DNA of 64,000 bases from a virus. Its lineage: Duplodnaviria > Caudoviricetes. The stretch lies in IMG/VR virus record IMGVR_UViG_3300042914_002678. One strand, written 5' to 3'. Shown here in pieces: positions 63,697 to 64,000 of the stretch. How positions within the stretch are numbered: the stretch's first letter is position 1; every line of letters begins with the position of its first letter. Made by a program: the position numbers and the translations under genes. A model generated the notes under the pieces. The model worked only from the letters and a program-made list of their open reading frames with translations, was not told where the DNA came from and made no database searches.

Positions 63697-64000
63697 ATGG
63701 CAAAATTATTTGGGTTCTCTATTGAGGACACTGAGTCACTATCACCCACTGCCGTTTCCCCCATCCCATCTAATAATGAGGATGGGGTTGAACATTATGC
63801 AAGCAGTGGGTTTTTTGGTTCTTATGTAGACTTAGAAGGAGTCTATAGAACAGAATTCGAATTAATTAAAAGATATAGAGAAATGGCACTGCATCCAGAG
63901 GTGGATAGTGCTATCGAAGATATTGTGAATGAAGCAATCGTATCTGATACTAATGATACTCCTGTTTCGATTGAGTTATCTAACCTAAATGCTAGTGATG
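63697..64000 (+). CDS. gp20: Portal vertex protein gp20 (5' partial)
   Basis: MAKLFGFSI...ELIKRYREMALHPEVDSAIEDIVNEAI; runs off the window. Confidence 0.93.
   Translation, partial: MAKLFGFSIEDTESLSPTAVSPIPSNNEDGVEHYASSGFFGSYVDLEGVYRTEFELIKRYREMALHPEVDSAIEDIVNEAIVSDTNDTPVSIELSNLNASD

Noticed and set aside
1-64000. tRNA/rRNA genes and photosynthesis auxiliary genes
   Set aside because: No cloverleaf or T-arm signature, rRNA, or psbA/hli-type ORF was recognised by eye; a tRNAscan-SE run would be needed to exclude tRNAs fully.

Overview
This is a 64-kb segment of a large T4-like myovirus, most likely a cyanophage (Kyanoviridae-like gene order). The host is inferred from gene order and protein families; no photosynthesis genes are in the window. 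All supported genes are on the + strand. Bases ~1-18,500 are an accessory/early region of ~50 mostly small genes. They include a DGQHR/ParB-like protein, Dam, a free-standing GIY-YIG endonuclease, an SF2 helicase, a putative restriction-modification pair, a ligase-fold protein and a MutH/Sau3AI-like nuclease. Bases ~18,700-64,000 are dominated by the virion module: gp25, gp6, gp7, gp8, a VrlC-like protein, gp13, gp14, gp15, gp16, a fibre and accessory head proteins, gp17, gp18, gp19 and the start of gp20. The strongest unexplained signal is a family of 14 ungapped, same-orientation 36-bp repeats (consensus TTAAAGTTAGGATCGTCCAAAGTGTCCTAGTAGTAT) between 2,385 and 17,420. They sit at gene junctions, often supply or abut the upstream stop codon and supply the downstream start codon. 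Every copy has an invariant GATC. The repeats divide the region into 0.4-3.1 kb gene cassettes, including one holding a MutH-like nuclease and one holding an R-M-like pair, in a phage that also encodes Dam. A structured non-coding block at 16.8-17.2 kb (phased A-tracts, iteron-like repeats, divergent promoters, a G-run cluster) is an origin candidate. No tRNA, rRNA, CRISPR array or integrase was recognised. All family assignments come from motif recognition by eye, not from database searches.
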